DNA of 64,000 nucleotides from Mobula hypostoma (lineage: Eukaryota), in the NCBI RefSeq assembly GCF_963921235.1, contig NC_086108.1, positions 101,620,001 to 101,684,000 on the forward strand. Reading direction: 5' to 3'. A model generated the notes under the pieces. It worked only from the letters and a program-made list of their open reading frames with translations, had not been told where the DNA came from and made no database searches. Of this stretch, positions 61,743 to 64,000 are shown in pieces (the first letter of the stretch is position 1; each line of letters opens with the position of its first letter). The translations under genes were made by a program, and so were the position numbers.

Positions 61743-64000
61743 TGTAGCGATGTGCTACACACAGAACTAGAAATAATGATACGCAGTCTGTAAGTGGCAC
61801 TCGAGACTCGTTTATTCAAACTTCGCGGCACTGGCTTTTAAGCAGTTCCCTTCCAGCCCTCTCCGGGCAGAAATGACGTCAGAGGTGCATTACAAAAGTC
61901 TCTCCCCGCGTGCGGGCTATTTTGTGAGCCGGTTCGCTTGTGTAGAAAGTGGGTCGCCACATAACCCCATCCCCCCAGAACCGGCGATACACCCTCAATG
62001 TCCACAGTCTGGATCAGTCTCTGTTTGGGTGGTCTGCCTCTGTGCCGCGGTGCCTGAACGTTGACCGGCTGCACCAAGTCCACCTGAGCCGGTTTGAGTC
62101 GGTCCACCGTGAAAACCTTCTCTTTCCCCCCAATGTCCAGAACGTACGTGGACCCGTTGTTACTGATCACCTTGAACGGCCCCTCGTACAGCTGCTGTAG
62201 CGGTGCCCGGTGTCCGCCCCTTCGCACGGATACAAACTTACAGTTCTGCAGGTCTTTGGGTCGGGATCTGTCCGTGCTATGAAGTCGGTACGGGGGCCAG
62301 GTTGCCGAGCCTTTCGCGTAGTCTGTTCAGGACTGCTGCGGGTTCTTCCTCTTTCCCCCTTGAGGCTGGTATGAACTCTCCTGGGACGATCAGGGGTGCG
62401 CCGTACACCAGCTCGGCCGACGAGGTGCGCAGATCCTCTTTGGATCCAAGCAGGACCCAGGGAAGTTCGTCCACCCAGTTAGGCCCTTTCAGGTGGGCCA
62501 TGAGAGCCGACTTTAAGTGACGGTGGAAGCATTCCACTAGTCCGTTCGACTGTGGGTGGTAGGTAGCTGTGTGTAATTGTGTTCCCAACAGGCTGGCCAC
62601 AGCCGACCACAGGCTGGAGGTGCACTGGGCGCCTCTGTCGGAGGTAATGTGGGCCCGGATCCCGAAGCATGCTACCCAGTTTGCAATCAGTGTTCAGGCG
62701 CAGGAATTGGCGGTGGTGTTGTTGCACGGAACCGCCACTGGCCATCTCATGAACCGGTCTACCATAGTTAGGAGGTACTGCGCTCCTTGTGACACTGGCA
62801 GGGGCCCCACGATATCCACATGAATGTGGTTGAACCTCCGGCGGGTGGGTTCAAACTGCTACGGCAGGGCTTTGGTGTGCCGCTGCACCTTGGCCATTTG
62901 GCACTGCGTGCACATTTTGGACCATTCACTGACCTGTTTGCGAAGTCCGTGCTGCACAAACTTGCTGGAGACCATCTGGATGGTTGTCCTCATAGATGGG
63001 TGTGCCAAGCTGTGTATAGAGTTGAAAACTCGCTACCACCAGGCTGCCGGGACGATCGGGCGAGGTTGGCCGGTAGCCACGTCACACAGGAGGGTCCTTT
63101 CACCTGGGCCTACGAGGAAGTCCTGTAGCTGGGCATCTCGCCATCTGCCTGCTGCACCTCTGCCAGTGCTGCATAGTCCACCCCCTGGGACAGGGCCTGG
63201 ATAGCTGGTCTGGAGAGTGCGTCCACCACGACATTGTCCTTGCCCGAGACATGCTGGATGTCCGTCGTGTACTCAGAGATTTAGGACAGATGTCGCTGCT
63301 GGCGGGGCGACCGGGGATTGGACACCTTCGTGAATGCGAAGGTCAATGGTTTGTGGTCCGTGAACGCGGTGAACGGCCTGCCTTCTAAGAAGTACCTGAA
63401 ACGCTGGATTGCCAGATATAGTGCCAACAGCTCCCGGTCGAAGGCACTGTACTTGAGTTCGGGTGGCCGTAGGTGCCTGCTGAAGAACGCCAGGGGTTGC
63501 CAGCGCCCCACGATGAGTTGCTCCAGCACCCCACCGACTGCTGTGTTGGATGCATCCACTGTGAGGGCAGTAGGAACGTCCGTTCTGAGGTGCAGCAGCA
63601 TCGCAGCATCTGCCAAGGCTTCCTTGGCTTTAACGAAAGCTGCCACGGCCTCTTTGTCCCAAGTAAAGTCCTTGCCTTTACCCGACTTCAGGGTGAACAA
63701 AGGGTGCATGATACGGGCTGCTGAGGGGAGGAAGTGGTGGTAGAAGTTCACCATACCAACGAACTCCTGCAGGCCTTTGACTGTGTTGGGCCGGGTGAAG
63801 TGGCGGATCGTGTCTACCTTGGCGGGCAGAGGTGTTGCGCCATCTTTGGTAATCCTGTGGCCCAGGAAGTCGATGGTGTCGAGTCCGAACTGACATTTGG
63901 ACGGGTTGATCGTGAGGCTGAAATCACTCAGGCGGGAGTAGAGCTGGCGGAGGTGTGACAGATGCTCCTGACGACTACTGCTGGCTATGAGGATGTCGTC
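61743..64000 (-). mobile_element. Gypsy LTR retrotransposon 3' part (RT-RNase H-IN, PPT, 3' LTR); continues beyond the window
   Basis: 3' LTR 61743-61961; PPT just upstream on the - strand; VDASN.AVGGVLEQ, KYSAFDRELLA, FTDHKPL, YHPQSNGLVE, LYEGPFKV. Confidence 0.9.

Overview
Eukaryotic, repeat-dense genomic DNA. The repeat repertoire (CR1 LINEs, V-SINE/HE1-like SINEs, Penelope-like termini, Rex1/Babar) suggests a cartilaginous fish such as a ray or shark; this is an inference. The only host gene is a + strand CLCA-family gene (calcium-activated chloride channel regulator, a self-cleaving zinc metalloprotease with a vWA domain). Exons 1-12 can be traced at 6025-55442 with GT-AG boundaries and consistent phases; no further CLCA-like exon was found before the window ends. 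The copy looks disabled: a 1-nt deletion in exon 7, an in-frame TAG in exon 9, and substitutions at the MIDAS Asp and next to HExxH. The introns and flanks are mostly nested transposable elements. These include a near-intact RNase H-bearing Nimb/I-clade LINE, three Gypsy elements (one with Gmr1-type IN-before-RT order), four solo LTRs with TSDs, Tigger and hAT elements and a foldback MITE. Two inverted composite DNA transposons with 6-bp TSDs bracket exon 3, and a short Penelope-derived insert carries a minimal hammerhead-ribozyme core. No prokaryotic systems, CRISPR arrays, rRNA or true tRNA genes were seen.
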